A DNA stretch of 64,000 bases from Gekko japonicus (GCF_001447785.1 NW_015162489.1:562314-626313), one strand, 5' to 3'. Counted from the first letter of the stretch, positions 49,371-63,751 are shown. Notes: generated by a model from the sequence alone, not told the origin. A program made the numbers and translations.

Positions 49371-49762
49371 CTGAGAATGGAGAAACACAGAGGCTTACAT
49401 TTCCTAGAGACATATTTAGGGCTTAAATTAATTCAACACTCAGCTCTGCAACTTATTTTTGGTGCCAGAGCCAGACCTGGGATACATCAAGAAATAAAGA
49501 AGGCACAGATCTTCCCCACCCCTCCCTCCAGCATTTTGTATGCTGCCACTAAGTCTGTTAATTGTTTGTGACTGACTGTCTTTCCTAAGATGGTTGCTTT
49601 ACTCATTAAAATGGGGGGGGGGTTAGTTTGCTAGCCACCTTGCTGTGAAAAGACAGGGTGTAAATGTTCTAAATAAAGGAACTACGAACACAGAAGGGAG
49701 TTGCCAACTCCTTTCATGCTGCGCCACAAGGAACGCTGCTTGTGGGGTGGAAGGCATCTTAC

Positions 49763-49918
49763 CTTATCTCTCAACTCCTCTGCCCAATGCAGCTCATTCT
49801 GCACAGAGTCTAGTTTCTGGCAAAGTTCCTGGCGGTCAGCTTGCGCTTCCTTCCAGTCATGCTCCAGAATATCTAGAAGGATCCGCTCAGAGCTCGGCAG
49901 CTGGCCTTCACCTGCCAT
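49763..49918 (-). CDS. CARD10: CARD10 coiled-coil exon (~5)
   Basis: tttttcag|ATG GCA...GAT AAG|gtaaga; SERILLDILEHDWKEAQADRQELCQKLDSVQNELHWAEELRDK; 156 nt, phase 0/0. Confidence 0.95.
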
Positions 49919-51054
49919 CTGAAAAACAAGACTGTGGACTCACTTCTCTGCCCAGATGACTGAACAAGGTGGAGCATAATAAATGAACTTGAGGGAGCGC
50001 GCAGTCAGAGAGCAGTAAATTCTGTTTCAGGGTGACCATTACCAACATTCCCAGCAGGGGCACCAAAGTAAAAACCGTTACCTATACGTTTTTCTCCTGT
50101 ACAGCTCTCCACAAGAAAGTAAAGGCAGACCTGCACTAGCTTTTCTACTGCTTTAGATGTCACAGTGTCCCCAAAAGGATCCTAGGAACTGTAGCTTCGT
50201 GAAACCGCTGGATATTCATTGCAAGCCCTACAGTTCCCGGGAGAGAAGGAACAACTTGTTCAAGCAGCTGAAGTCTTCCGTACTGATATGCCCTCGTCCA
50301 GGGGTTCCCAACCTGTTTTGAGCCTGTGGGCACCTTTAGGATTCTGACACAGGGTGGCGGGTGCAACCACAAAACGGCTGCCACAGGAGGCAGAGCCAAC
50401 CACAAAGTGGCTGCTGTGGGAAGTAAAGCAAAACCACGAAATGTCAGGGAGTGAGGTTATGGAAAACTCTGATTTCGGGCTGAAGTTCTGCTTAACAAGG
50501 CACATTGTTAAATGACCATACTATTTAAAAATATTGTCTCGCTTACACACAGCTTGTCTCCAGTCACACGGTGAGGATCCTTATGCGGTGGTGGCAGGTG
50601 CTGCCAAATGACTAACCACAGACAAGGAAACACACTGACCAGAGCTGACAAAAATACAGATGTCCAAAATGAGGGCGCTGAGAGATGAAAAGCATGAACT
50701 GAAGACACAAGCTGTTACATATTAACGCTGTAGAGTCAAAATGTCATAACCAGGCAATGCTTTATGGTTCATTAGAAACATGGAGGAAGAAGCTTCCTCT
50801 TTCGCCACAAAAAATGGTTCATTAAGAATATGGAGCGACGGGCTTCTTGAGAAAAAAACCTTACTTCCTCATGATTTAGGGGATCAGTTTTTAAACCACT
50901 CCCAGTTAAAATTATATGGGTTAACAGCAATGTCAACAGGTTGTGGAGCATATGATCAACTTAGGTAACTGACTGTATCCAGACCTGTCTTTATTAATCT
51001 TTTTTCTTTAAAAACTGACGACTATTTTTCATATTACCAGAAAAAATATGGGGG

Positions 51055-51071
51055 NNNNNNNNNNNNNNNNN
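51055..51071. other. Assembly gap (17 N)
   Basis: run of n. Confidence 1.
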
Positions 51072-54000
51072 GGAAAGATGGGGGTTGAACAGGAGAAAGG
51101 AGAGCGAGAAGGGGGCAAAGGAAAGAAAGGGGAAAGAACTGGGGGAGTGGAGATGATGACATTATATAATTCTAAGTAGTAAGTACGTTTAAGGCTCATA
51201 TGATTCCAGAAAAGCAGACCATATGCGGGCAAATGGTCCGCCCATCCCCCCCCCCCCCCCCCCCCCTTAAAACCCCATCCTGTGTCCTTAGGCCAAACTA
51301 CAATTGTGGGCGGGAACACCAAACAGAGAACATCTTTAAGCAGTTTTCTCTAGGCTTTGACACACTGCAAGTTATTAAGATAAATCTCTATAAATAGCAT
51401 TACAAACAACCAAGGATATAACAGACCATTAAGAGTTCTATCATATAGGATGCCTTTTGACAGAGAGGAAAGAAATACTAAAATGAAACGTTCCCATACC
51501 AGCCGTGGGTACGAGACGGAGGAGGGAGCGGGAAAGGGGAGCGCGCATAAGCCCATATCACCAGCCACCAGCTTACTGCTCCCGGACAGCAGCTGAGAGA
51601 CAAGGCGGTTCAAAGCACCCATTGATATTCCAGCACTGCCTAAACACTAAGGGCCTTTTCTTTTAAAACAGATTTTATTTTTAGTGTTTTCGTAATACCA
51701 GCCCTGACCCAGAACCAGAAGCACTATCTCCAATCCTCCTGCAAAGCACGCAGGTGATTTTGTTTCAGTCTTGTTGCAAGAGGTTAACCTGTTAAGCACA
51801 TTTTCTCTTTTCAAATAAATCTTGGGAAGCGTACATTCCAGGCAGGGAGAGGTGGAACAGGCAGCCTTTGGAGGAGAGATACTGCGGGGGTAGGGGGGAG
51901 AGGAGGAAAAACAAATGAAGGGCAAACCTTCCAAGAAGTGACAGTGCTATGAAGAAAGAGGGAAGGTCTTTCATTTAAGGGATATGCATAAACTCACACA
52001 GGTTGGCTAGGCAATGTGGGACATGGATGCTATCCAGTTGGGGGCAGAGAGCACTGAGCAGCAAGGAGAGGCGAAGGCCTTGCAGTCATCAGCTGCTTAC
52101 CGAGCAGGGCTTAAACCGGGATCTCATGATCTCAAGTTGGGACCCAGCCTAGTGAGTCAACAGGCACTGCCTACACAGAGACATCGAAGTCCTCATCTGG
52201 CACAGAAGGGAACAGGAATAAAGACACGCTGCCTCAGTGCCTGCCACTGCCAGACTACACAATGCCTTTGCCACGTCTGGTGAATTCAACAGTAGTTAAG
52301 AGCTGCCATGGCACAGTGGGTGGAAAGCCAGACTAGGACCTGGGCGAACCAGGTTCAGCTCCTACTCTGCTGTGGAAAGCTTCCTGGGTGACCTTGGGAC
52401 AGTCACACACAGTCACGGCCTAAGCTACCTTACAGGGTTGGTGGGGTGACGACATGGCGAAGGCGAGAACAATGTGATAAGCAGCTTCGATGGGATAAGC
52501 AAGGAGTGCTCCTTGAGGCAACAGAATCGCCTTCTAGGGATTGAGAAGTTGCAAGACCAGATGGGCCAGGCTACCCTGCTTGCATCAGATCAACGAAGCT
52601 AAGCAGGCTCAGCCCGGGAGGAGTACTTGGATGGGAGACCACCAAGGAATTCTAGGGTTGCTATGCAGAGGCAGGCAATGGCGAACCACCTCTGTTAAGT
52701 GTCTTGCCTTGAAAACCCTACAGGGTTGCCCTAGGTCAGCTGCAACTTGACAGCAGTTTACACACTTACACACACACACGGCCAATGGGACTTCCTGTTG
52801 AACTTTGGCGGTTCAGGATAACACTGCTGAAGTTTTGGTATGCAATAGAACGACAGCATTGCTGAAGGCTGCAGCTACCTACACCAGCACAGATCCTCCC
52901 CTGCAACAGAACTATTAAAAGTAAGCATAATTTATAGAGCGCCAGTGGTGGCAAAAAGATTAATACTGAATGGCTGGAAATCTCAAGGCACACTTTAAAG
53001 CCTGCTGTGGCTAACTCAGCTGGCTTGCAATGAAAGGAAAAAATATCATCCAGAAAGAAGTGACACATTTTTTGAAACACATTCTTTGATTCCCTTGCCT
53101 CCTTCACCTTCTTTCTTCCCTGCTTCTTTTTTTGCATATTATATTTCATTCCTATTCTACTTAGTGCACTAGATCACCTATTTCTTTCAGTCTAACTATC
53201 TTATTCTTAAACACTGCTACAATATTTACCTCTGTGAGGCTACTTACTCACAGAATACTGGGGATCAGTGAAGGAGCCATAAAGGAAAGGCACGGAAAGT
53301 TAGGGAGAACACACAAAGCTCCCTTATGATTTATTTAAATGAAACCGTTTGATGTTTTTATGAACTACTATTTATTGTTTTATCATAAGTTGTGAGCCGC
53401 TCAGAGCCCGCCTGTGGGGTAGGGTAGGATGGAAACTAAATAAACATACAAATGTGTGCGCTATCAAGTCACAAACAAATTATGATGAGCCCAACAAGGA
53501 GCAAGGTGAGCAAACAGAGGTGGCCAGCCACTGTCTTCATCTGCGAATTCTTCATGGGTGCTCCCCCCCATGCAAGTACTGATCCTGCTTAGCCTCCAAA
53601 ATCCAATGAGATTGGGCTATAGCATTCCATTCCATATCCCTGAAGCTACCTTAGACAGAACTGAACCACTGGTCCATCAAACTCAGTGGTATCTACATTT
53701 ACTGGCAAGGGGTGTCCAGAGTCTAAGGTACAGAAAGGTCTTTCCCCAGTATTTGCTACCTAAAATGATTTCACTGACCATACCAGAGGCTAAACATGGG
53801 AACATCTGCTTACAAAGCAGGTACCCTGCCCCTCGGCCTGGACAGGCCTCCCTTTTAAAGGAAAAGAAAGGGGGGGACAGCTGGTGGATCTGGAAAATAA
53901 AAGGAAAATAAGAACATCTGAAACATTCTAATGACGGGACAAGAGAAGCTGGTAGACTAAAAAGAATTTCTGGCCTACAAAAAGTGGCTCTTCTTATCCA

Positions 54001-55703
54001 GGTGTGATAGCTCAAGAAGCATCCCCATCTCTGCCAATGCATCCAGATATCAAGACAGGATATATGGCAAAGAACACAGATCAGCTGAACAGCAGGGGAG
54101 CCACATGAAAAACAGCTTTATTGTAAGGTCTTGGCCCTTCACCTGGAACCCACAATTATCAGCTTGGTGGACCCAAACAAGCACAGATTTCTGTTTGGAT
54201 ATTAAGGTTTGTTTGTTTTTTACATTAGGAATGAACCTTTTTGTTTTGTAAGCCACCTGGGGTCACTCAGGGATGAAAGCAGCCTAAAAATGCTTATTTT
54301 AAGGAAACTGTACATCAGAGCCTAGTCATAAGCAAGGCAATAGGAATGGGAAGCAGGCACAGCTGGGAAGTACACATCACAAGGTGAGAGGCAGGAGCTC
54401 TACTGCCCTCCCTGGTGAGAGGCAGGGCATGCACACAGTACAACTAGCCCCCTTTCCTCCAGATAAGGTCAGAGGGGTCCCTGCCTTGCCCCAGCCTGCC
54501 CCTTTCTCACCACTTAGAGAAGCTGAAATCTCAGGGAAGCAACATTAACTGCAGTTTGATAGCTCAAGACAGGTACCCAATATGTTAAGTCTGTCTGTAG
54601 CAGTAGAAGAGAGTCCAGTAGCACCTTAAAGACTAACAACATTTGTGGTACTTGAGCAGTGATTCGCAAAAGCTCACACCCTACCCTCAACTGAGCAGTG
54701 ACTCACGAAAGCTCATACCTAGCCACAAAACTTGTGAATCTTTAAGGCGCTGCTGGGCTCTTACTCTGTTCTGCTGCAGTTTGATATGATGTTGCCCTGG
54801 GCTGGCATTAAACCCAAACAGCTTTCATTACTTATTTACGTGTTTTCATTATTTCAGTTTTCCTGTTTCTAGATACTAATCAATTGTTTTGTTCCCATCT
54901 GTTCCATTCACGTTGCACAAAATCAGCACCTTTACGCTGCCTGCAGTCCAGACATCAGTTGCTCCTCTACCGTTTTGCTCCCTGCAACTCAGAGGCTCCG
55001 TCCTTACCCTGCCTTCAGGGGCTAGCGGGACATTCACGATTATTCTACCGATAGTTCAAAACCGTTTCTCTGACACATCATAGGTACCCAAGAGCCCAAT
55101 GAATGAAGTGCATTCCTTGTTAAAATGAAAAACCCTCAGTAAAATGCTAATTAAGAAAGGTACGGGAGCCCTGAAGTGACACCCCTGCTCGTGAGGTAAC
55201 TCTCTAGGTATGGGGATAACAGCAGCCATAACCAAAATCAAGCTGTTTGTTCAAATATAAATTTTATACACTATTAAAAAAAAAAAAACCTCCAAATATT
55301 CTCCTCATTTCTGTTTGTACAGCCTCTGGCACTCATTTGATTATAGCTGGCAAAAATGGTGATTATGACATGAACAGAGGCTTTGAACACTATTGGCTTC
55401 CCTATGGGCCAGCTTTTCCTTTCAGCAGAGAAGAAGGAAAGGGGCACACAGTTCACTAATAGAGCACATGTGCTGCCCACCTGAGGGCCTAAGTTCAGCC
55501 AACCAGCATCTTCTGCTCAGCAGTCTCAGGTGGCTGGCCTACTAAAGACCTCTGGAAAAACTGCTGCCTCTGCCGGAGAAGGGAGATAAGCCAGTAATCC
55601 TTTTAGCTTGGTAATGACTCATTGTAAGGCAAGTAATTTCTCTCATTTTCCTTTTTGGGAACTATTAGGATTATTCCTTTTCCTCTGCTGCCCTAGCTAA
55701 TAC

Positions 55704-55886
55704 CTGCACCACGTTCTGCAGCTCCTGCAGCGAAGCTATGAGCCTCTGGTTCTCTGCTTGCATCTCCGATACGGTGTCTGCCACGCTGTGGTCTCCTGCC
55801 TCTCGCTGGGGAGCCTCGGAGGCCTGTTTCTTGAGCACAGAGCACTCTTCCTCTAGGCTGCTCACCTTGCATTTCAATTGATCCAC
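55704..55886 (-). CDS. CARD10: CARD10 (CARMA3) coiled-coil exon (~exon 4; first exon in window, upstream exons beyond 64000)
   Basis: ccag|GTG GAT CAA...GTG CAG|gtatta; VDQLKCKVSSLEEECSVLKK...VSEMQAENQRLIASLQELQNVVQ; 183 nt, phase 0/0. Confidence 0.93.
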
Positions 55887-57477
55887 CTGGAATGAAGGTA
55901 ACAAAAATTAACAGGTCTCTTCAACTGAATAAGTCTTAATGGAGGGGAAAGCAGCAAAAGAGATTTACAGAAGGTTCAACCTGAACTAGGACAATCAAAC
56001 AATTTTGTCCTGAACACCAGGACATCTGAGGATGTGCAAAGAGTGTTTCTCTCACCCCACATTTCTAGGGTTAGGGGGCAGGACTTTGAGGTCAAAAAGC
56101 AGGCATAAGGGTTTTTTTCCCCAAACCAACTTCTCTTTTGAAAAGAGATTACTTGAGGCAGAGTAATGCTATAATCCCATTTTTAACTAGGCTTTCCACA
56201 CCTAGGGCTGCCAGCTCTGGGCTGGGAAATACCTGGAGATTTCCTGGAGATTTTGCAGGTGGAGCCTGGAGAGGAGGAGAGGGGCATTAATGGGGTTGTG
56301 ATTTACCTCATTTATACCCCCACTTTTCTTCCCAGTGGGTACCCAAAAGTGGCCTACGACATTCTCCACTCCTCCATTTTATCATCACAACCACCATTCT
56401 GTGAGGTATGCTGGAAGCAAGCGACTGTCCCAAGGCCCAAGTGGAACAGAATTTATGTGACCCGTGAAAGTTGTTTGCAAGAGTTGGAAGTTGTTCTTTC
56501 ATAAACACTCTGCTTCACACTAAGAGCTTTGATAGTGCAGGTACCTGGAAACAGGCTCTGTGCCTTTCTGGGGAATGAAAAATAAGACTTGTATTGCATA
56601 GCAACAGCAAGAAGTCTGTGACTAAACTCCAGAAGCCAGAAATTCAAAACAGTTTTAGAGTACCTTCTATATTTGTAAACAGAATTACAAGGAAATTTGC
56701 TCAAAGTGAAGCCGCCCTCGTACAGAGGAAATACAGAGGCCTGCGTGCCAGAGGTGAAACCTAGATAACAGGGGTATGGGCCAATAAATTCCTTCAAGTA
56801 TCTGGAGGATCTGCTTTAGTTGGAGTGGGGGAGGCAGCAGAAAACAAAATCCCAGACACGTATACACACATGTAACAAATCCCAGCTATACACGCACCTA
56901 TGAATGCTTAATTTTTTAAAAAAAATTACAAATGGTAGATACCTTTTGTAGGGAGGAAAGGTCAGTACTGTGGCCCAAGAAATCTTATGTCCAATAAATT
57001 AAAAAGGGACTGCATTCACACATGCACTCACTTTACATGAATTAACCCAAAGCTCAAAAAGCTGCCACATGGGGGGAGGGGGAGGAAACTTGTTTGAATC
57101 ATGGCCAGATAGCTGCAGGAAAGGTGGCGGGGGCGGGGGGGGGGGCAGATAGTGAATTAAAATTTTCTTCTTGTGCAGTTTTTCTTAGACAAACTGGAGT
57201 CCCAAGTTACTACTAGATGATGGAAGGCAAACAAGAATAATATGTAGCAGGAAGGCAGTTTCCTCTGGGGTAATGCTATAGGTAGAAATGGGCTAAACGC
57301 GAGTGCCACAGCCACAATCCAAAAATCAGTCCTCACCCTCTTGGTTGCTCTTTTGACTTGTTACACAAAGGGAGTGCCTGCCACAGAGCTCCAAAGTCAT
57401 TATACCTTGGTCCTTGGCACAGGAAACACCCTACCTGCAATGTGGACGTAACAGTGACCTTTGTCTCCATAATAGAG

Positions 57478-57770
57478 AGCCAGTTTGGTGTAGTGGTTAA
57501 GTGCGCGGACTCTAATCTGGAAGAACCGGGTTTGATTCCCCACTCCTCCACTTGCACCTGGCTGGATGACCTTGGGCAAGCCGTGGTTCTGATAAGAGCT
57601 GTTCTTGAAAAAAAGAGCAGTTTCTGTCAGAACTCTCTCAGCCCCACCTACCACACAGGGCATCTGTTGTGGGGAGGGGAAGGGAAAAGAGTTTGTAAGC
57701 CGCTCTGAGACTCCCTTGGGTAGTGAAGGGCGGGGTATAAATCCAATCTCTTCTTCTTCTTCTTCTTCTA
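57478..57770 (+). mobile_element. Squam3-like tRNA SINE, young
   Basis: near-identical reverse complement of 31094-31378; (ttc)n tail. Confidence 0.9.
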
Positions 57771-57800
57771 ATAATAATAATATCAGTCATATTACAAAGT

Positions 57801-60800
57801 ATGTTGTTGTTGTTATCCATTCAGCTGTGTTTGACTCTTGGCGATTCTATGTGCCAGCTCTCTCTACGCTTTCCGATCTTGTACTGATTGAGCCATTCCA
57901 TGCTCAGGCTGGTGTTGACTTTTATGGTGTCTATAGCCACCGTGTTCTTTGGTGTCCAGGTTTCCCTTTCCCACTAACCAACCCAAGCATAATTGCTTTT
58001 TCTAGTGAGTTCTTCCACATGACGGGGCCAAAATAAGTCAGTTGGACTTTTGTGATTTTTCCTTCCAATGGCAAGTCTGATTTTATGCGCTCCAATACTT
58101 GCTTGTTTGTCACCTTTGTCCAGCACCACAGCTCAAATGAGCTGATTTTCCTCCTGTCTTGCTTCTTCATGGTCCAACTTTCGCAGCCATGGGTTGCTAT
58201 GAGAAACAAAATAGCACAGACTAATCTGCATTTGGTTGCTAGGCTGATGTCCTTGCTCCTCCGTATTTGATTCCTGCTCATCATTGCTGTACGACCCTGT
58301 GTGATTCGACGTTTTATTTCTGGACTGCATTTGCCATTTTGGTTGATCTGTGATCCTAAGAAAGTGAATTCTTCCACACATTCGATCTCTTCATTGTCAA
58401 CTGTTATTTTAATATTTCTATTCTTCTCGGTGGTAATGAACTTGGTCTTTTTGATGTTAGGAAGAGGCCAAACTTCTCATTTTCTTCTTTGGTTTTCTTG
58501 ATAACGTATTTCAGGCCTTTAATTTCCAAGAGGATGGTTGTATCATCAGCGAATCAAAGATTGTTAATATTCCTTCCTCCAATTTTTACACTTCTTTTTT
58601 ATTCTTCCCGCTCTAAGTTCCTCATGATCGTTTCGGCACACATGTTGAATAGCAAAGGTGAAAGAATACAACCTTGTCGTACTCCTTTCTCCTTCTAGAG
58701 CCAATCAGTATCTCCACACGGTGTTCACACAGTGGCTTCCTGGTTTGTGTACAATGATTATATCAACTTGACAAGATGTGCTGGCACCCCCAGGTCTTGT
58801 AGGGCTCTCCACAGTTTGTCATAATTGACACAATCGAAGGCTTTCTTGTAATTGATGAAGCATAAATAGATAATCTTTTGATATTCATGAGTTTTCTCCA
58901 CGATCCAGTGCAAATTTGCTATATGGTCACGAGTGCCACACACCCCTTCAGAAGCTGGCTTGGACATCGGGTAATTCCCTTTCAATGGTTTGTGCCAGGC
59001 ATTGTTGTATAATTTTAAGCAGAATTTTGCTACTGTGAGGGGATGAAAGCAACTGTGAGATAACTGGAGCAGTCTCTGGAGTCTCCTTTTTTTTGTAGTG
59101 GAATGAACACTAATCGTTTCCAGTCCCTTGGCCATGTGCTGGTTTCCCAAATTTTCTGACAGAGGGCTCTGATGAATGAGGGTGGTACAGGCCTCAGCAG
59201 TTCCACGTAGATTATATCAACACCCTGGGGCCTTCTTGTTTGGTAGTTGGCTCACTACCCACATGATCTCTTCCTCAAGGATGGCTGGTTATTTATTTAT
59301 TTATTTATGCGATTTTTACCCCGCCCTCCCCGCACAGGCTCAGGGCGGCTTACAACAATGGCACCAATTTCCAATAAAACAATATACAACAGTACAGTAC
59401 TTAATAAAAATATAAAATCATATAAAATCCTAAAGTGCTAATTGATTGTATTATTCATTACTTACAATGGCGCATTCAGGTATCTAGACAACTGCTAAGT
59501 TCCAGCTCTCTGTCATCCCGCATCACTCGATGGAAATGAGCAGATGTTAAAAACCAAGGGACGGGCTCGTGGATGGTAATGGTGGCGGGGTGCCTCCTAG
59601 TTGAAAGCCTGGCGGAAGAGCTCCGTCTTGCAGACCCTGCGGAACTGCAAAAGGCCCCACAGGGCCCTGATCGCTTCTGGGAGCTCATTCCACCAGTGAG
59701 GAGCTGCCAACGAAAAAGCCCTGGCCCTCGTTGTGGCGAACCTGGCCTCCTTGGGGCCAGGGAGAATCAGCTGGTTCTGTGACCCCGATCTCAGTGCTCT
59801 CTGGGGTATATGTGGGGAAAGGTGGTTCCTCAGGTATGTCAGACCCTGGCCATATAGGGCTTTAAAGGTAAGCCCCAGCACCTTGAAGTGGATTCAGTAT
59901 GCTATTGGCAGCCAGTGTAGAGCCTTCAGCACAGGCCAGATGTGCTCCCATCTAGGTAAGCCCATCAGCAGCCTGGCCACGGCATTCTGCACTAGCTGCA
60001 GCTTCCAAATTTGCAACAAGGGCAGCCCCACGTAGAGAGTGTTGCAGTATTCTAGTCTCGAGGTGACCGTCGCATGGATCACTGTGGCCAGGTCATTGTG
60101 GTCGAGGAAGGGAACCAACTGCCTGGTCGGCCGCAGATGATAAAAGGCCAATTTGGCAGTGGCTTCTACCTGGGCCTCCATTGTTAAGGAGGAGTCCAGG
60201 AGCACTCCCAAACTCCTAACCTCCAGCACTGGCACCAATGGCGTCCCACCGAAGGTCGGGAGTGGGATCCCCACCCATGCCCCACCCCGACCCACGCACA
60301 GGACCTCCATCTTCACCGGATTCAGTTTCAGCCAGCTCAGCCTGAGCCAACCAGACACAGCCTTCAGGACTGGAGTTCGACTGGCCGCCCAACATCAGAT
60401 AGAGCTGGGTGTCATCAGCATACTGATGACACCCCAGCCTATAACTCCGGGCTATCTGGGCGAGGGGGCGTATATCGATGTTAAATAGCATCGGGGATAG
60501 TACTGCCCCTTGAGGCACTCCGCACTCCAGTGGGTGCCTCCTGGACTGTTGCTCCCCGAGTACCACCCTTTGTCCCTGACCTTGGAGAAAGGAAGCAAGG
60601 CATTGCAAGACAAGCCCCTGTATTCCCATGTTGGCGAGGCGGCAAAGCAGCAACCGATGGTTGACTGTGTCGAACGCAGCTGACAGGTCCAACAACATCA
60701 GCACTGCCAAACTGTCCAGATCCAGATGCCTCCGGAGATCGTCAGTTAGAGTGACCAGTGCCATCTCCGTCCCGTGTATCAGGCGAAAGTCGGACTCGAA

Positions 60801-62105
60801 GGGGTCTAACATGGAAGTGTCATCCATAAAGCCCTGTATCACCACCACCCTCTCAATTAATTTGTCCAATTAGGGCAAATTAGAGACCGGCCGGTAATTA
60901 GCTAAATCAGCTGGGTCCAAAGATTGTTTTTTAGAAGTGGGCAGCCCATCGCTTCCTTGAGTGCCCCCGGGAACAGCCCCTCTAAGAGGGACCTGTTGAT
61001 CATTTCCCTCAGGGCACCTCAAAACCCCTCATGGCCCACTTTAATAAGTCAGGAAGGGCACGGGTCAAGGCCGCATGTGGTTGGGTGTACAGTCAAGAGC
61101 AATCTGTCAACTTCCTCCAGGCTGAGTGGGCTGAAATGATCCAAACCCGAAGCTGAAGACATGCTTGAGGCCTCGAGTTCACTCACTGTTTCAACTGTGG
61201 TGGGGAGGTCGCGGCGGAGCAACAAGACTTAATCCGCGAAGTGGCTCGCAAATGCCTCACAGCCGATATCCAATTCCCTAGCGTTTGGACTACCGTGCGG
61301 CAGGGCTGTCATGGACCAAATCATTCTAAACAATTGGGCTGGGTGTGAGCTCGCAGATGCAATCACCACCGCATAGTAATCTCTCTTCGCAGCTTTGACT
61401 GCCATCTCATAGGATCTCATAAACATCCTATATGATTTTCTTGTATTTTCATCATGAGCGCGATGCCACCGTCTCTCTAGCCGTCCCAGCTCTCGCATCA
61501 TAAGCCGTAACTCCTGGGTAAACCAAGAAGCAAGCCTGGAGCGAGGGCACAGAGGGCACCGAGGAGCAGTCTCATCGATGGCTATGGAAAGCCGGCTATG
61601 CCAGTCCTCCACAAGCTCATCCAACGAGCTGCTGGGGGGCTTCGGATTCCATAGAGCCATTCGAAGCCGCACTGGGTCCATCTGGCTCCGCGCGCTCACC
61701 GCCTAAACAGGGTCAGGGCGGCACAACTTTCCTTTCCTTGGAATACTGAGGTTGAGCTTCTTTGCTACTAACGTACAGCTCTTCTGTGTATTCTCACCAT
61801 CTGTTTGTGATGTCTTGTTGGCTGGACAGTTCTTTCCCTTGCTTGTCTCTGATAATGCCTTTACAGGCAGTAAATGGTGTTTGAATCTTTTTAACTTGCA
61901 TAAATGCAAGCTTAGTGTGGCCCTTTATGCAGTCCTCTTCTAGCGGTTTGCAATGCCAGTCCCAGTGAACTTCATTGTCTTTCCCTGCTGCCTTCTGAAA
62001 ATCTGCATTCAGTCTTCTTGCTTCTTCCCATTTTCCTGCTGCTTTAGCTGCTTTTCTTCGCTCTGAGAGCCACTTGCACATTTTCTCCAGCCTCTTGTAT
62101 GGTAT
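57801..62105 (-). mobile_element. RTE-clade (BovB-like) LINE, degenerate, split by an L2 insertion
   Basis: GTRDHIANL..., YLCFINYKKAFDCV, NNL*FADDT, EEFTFLGSQI...EIKRRI, GCESWTMKKQDRRKISSFELWCW; (caa)n 3' tail at ~57802; many stops and frameshifts. Confidence 0.9.
59289..61720 (-). mobile_element. L2-clade LINE, 5'-truncated (~2.4 kb), nested in the RTE element
   Basis: LLDLSAAFDTVNH, GVPQGAVLSPMLFNI, CHQYADDTQLY, SRLEYCNTLYVGLP, LQLVQNAVARLL; (taaa)n tail at 59289-59308. Confidence 0.92.
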
Positions 62106-62933
62106 AATTACAATATACAATATAACACTGATGTAACTGACAGCTGACTTAGGATAGGGACGAAATGCTTGACAAGACTCCTGTGTTACAAAACTCAGAA
62201 TCAGGGCATCTGAATGTGGCCACAAAGTTGGAATGCCAGTCTCCAGGTGGGACCTGGAGATCCCCGAAAATTACAGTTCATCTCCAGACTACAGAGATCA
62301 GTTCCCTTAGAGAAAATGGATGCTTTAGAGGGTGGACTCTATGGCACTGTACCTCTGTCCTCTCCAGGCTCCATCCCCAAATCTCCAGGAGTTTCACTAT
62401 CAGGACTTGGCCACCTTACCTCTCCATCCCCCACTGGCAGCCGGGGGGACCTGGCAACACTACCATAAGCCAGGGAGGAATTTCACATTACCCTTTTTAA
62501 CCCGTTTTGAAGCCGTTTTTGATCCATTGTGGAGTAAAGCAGTATAGGGCTGCCATTTCACACATGGCTTTCCCCTTCCGGTAAAGAGCTGGATCTGAAG
62601 CGGTTTGCCATTTCAGACTGCATCGCTTTTTCCAGCTTTTTCCCCGCCATTTTTCACCCACGCGGGCGATCTCCGGCTTTTTTTTTTTTATGTTCGCTTT
62701 AGAGCGCTATCTCTCCCTTATTATAATTGAATAGTTCAATATTGCAACACTCTAAATTTGGCCCCTTTAGTGTTTGGCCGGAAGAACTGCCACTGGTTGA
62801 CTGGCTGCCTTGTGCAGTCCCGCCCAGCGTTTCAAGGTCTTTTGCATGTGGAAGCTGATTGGACTTCACTCCATTCCACACCTCAAACTCCCCCCCCCCC
62901 CCCCAAGCCAGTTGGAATTTTCAGTTGCTTATG

Positions 62934-63078
62934 NNNNNNNNNNNNNNNNNNNNNNNNNNNNNNNNNNNNNNNNNNNNNNNNNNNNNNNNNNNNNNNNNNN
63001 NNNNNNNNNNNNNNNNNNNNNNNNNNNNNNNNNNNNNNNNNNNNNNNNNNNNNNNNNNNNNNNNNNNNNNNNNNNNNN
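62934..63078. other. Assembly gap (145 N)
   Basis: run of n. Confidence 1.
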
Positions 63079-63529
63079 AAACGCGGCCCTTTCCCTGGCC
63101 AGAGGCTGTGGGGGGGGGGGATGTAAAACTAAAGACAGACAGGCAGATAAAGGTTGGCTGATGGTTGCGTGGAAAGGACATAGGGTTGCCAACTCCAGGT
63201 TGGAAACTTCCAGGAAATTTTAGGGATGAAGTCTGCTGAGGGTGGGGTCTGAGGAGGAGGAAGAGGGGGAAGAGGGGGACCTCAGACAGATACAAGCCCA
63301 CACTCCAGACAAGCTGTTGCCAGTCTCCAGGTGACAGCTGGAGAGCTCTTAAAGCTTTGGTGCTAATTCAAAGTGTTGCAATTTATCAACAGAGTAGTGT
63401 TTTGGAAAATCTTTAGGAATTGTTTGGTGCATTTACGATGGGGCTCCTGGGGAACTATTGTTGCCAATCTTGGCCCAGCAGCCATCAAACCATTCTCTTC
63501 AACCCCCTGCTGTGCAGCTGACTTTCCCC

Positions 63530-63751
63530 TAGGGTTGCCAATCTCCAGGTGGGACCTGGAGATCTCCCACTGTTACAATTGATCTCCAGATGACAGAGAT
63601 CAGTTCCCCTAGAGAAAATGACTGCTTTAGGAGGGTAGACCCTATGACATTATACCTGCTGAGTCCTTCCACCCCCCCACCCAATGCTACCCTCTACAGA
63701 ATCCACCCCCCAAACCTCCAGGTATTTCCCTCCTTAGAGCTGGCAACCCTA
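63530..63751. mobile_element. TAGGGTTGCCA-family hAT MITE
   Basis: perfect 11-bp TIRs; TSD ctttcccc/cattcccc. Confidence 0.9.

Noticed and set aside
55671-55703. Read-through VLARAAEEKE resembling the human AEEKE motif
   Set aside because: Lies past a canonical donor and ends in a stop; the phase-0 donor at 55704 joins the next exon correctly, so coincidence
57478-57560. tRNA gene
   Set aside because: A/B-box head continues into a SINE body and (ttc)n tail; multiple dispersed copies
59597-61699. Active reverse-transcriptase gene or novel RT system
   Set aside because: 5'-truncated L2 LINE broken into four or more frames by stops and frameshifts
62758-63301. ORFs spanning 62934-63078
   Set aside because: Artefacts of the N gap
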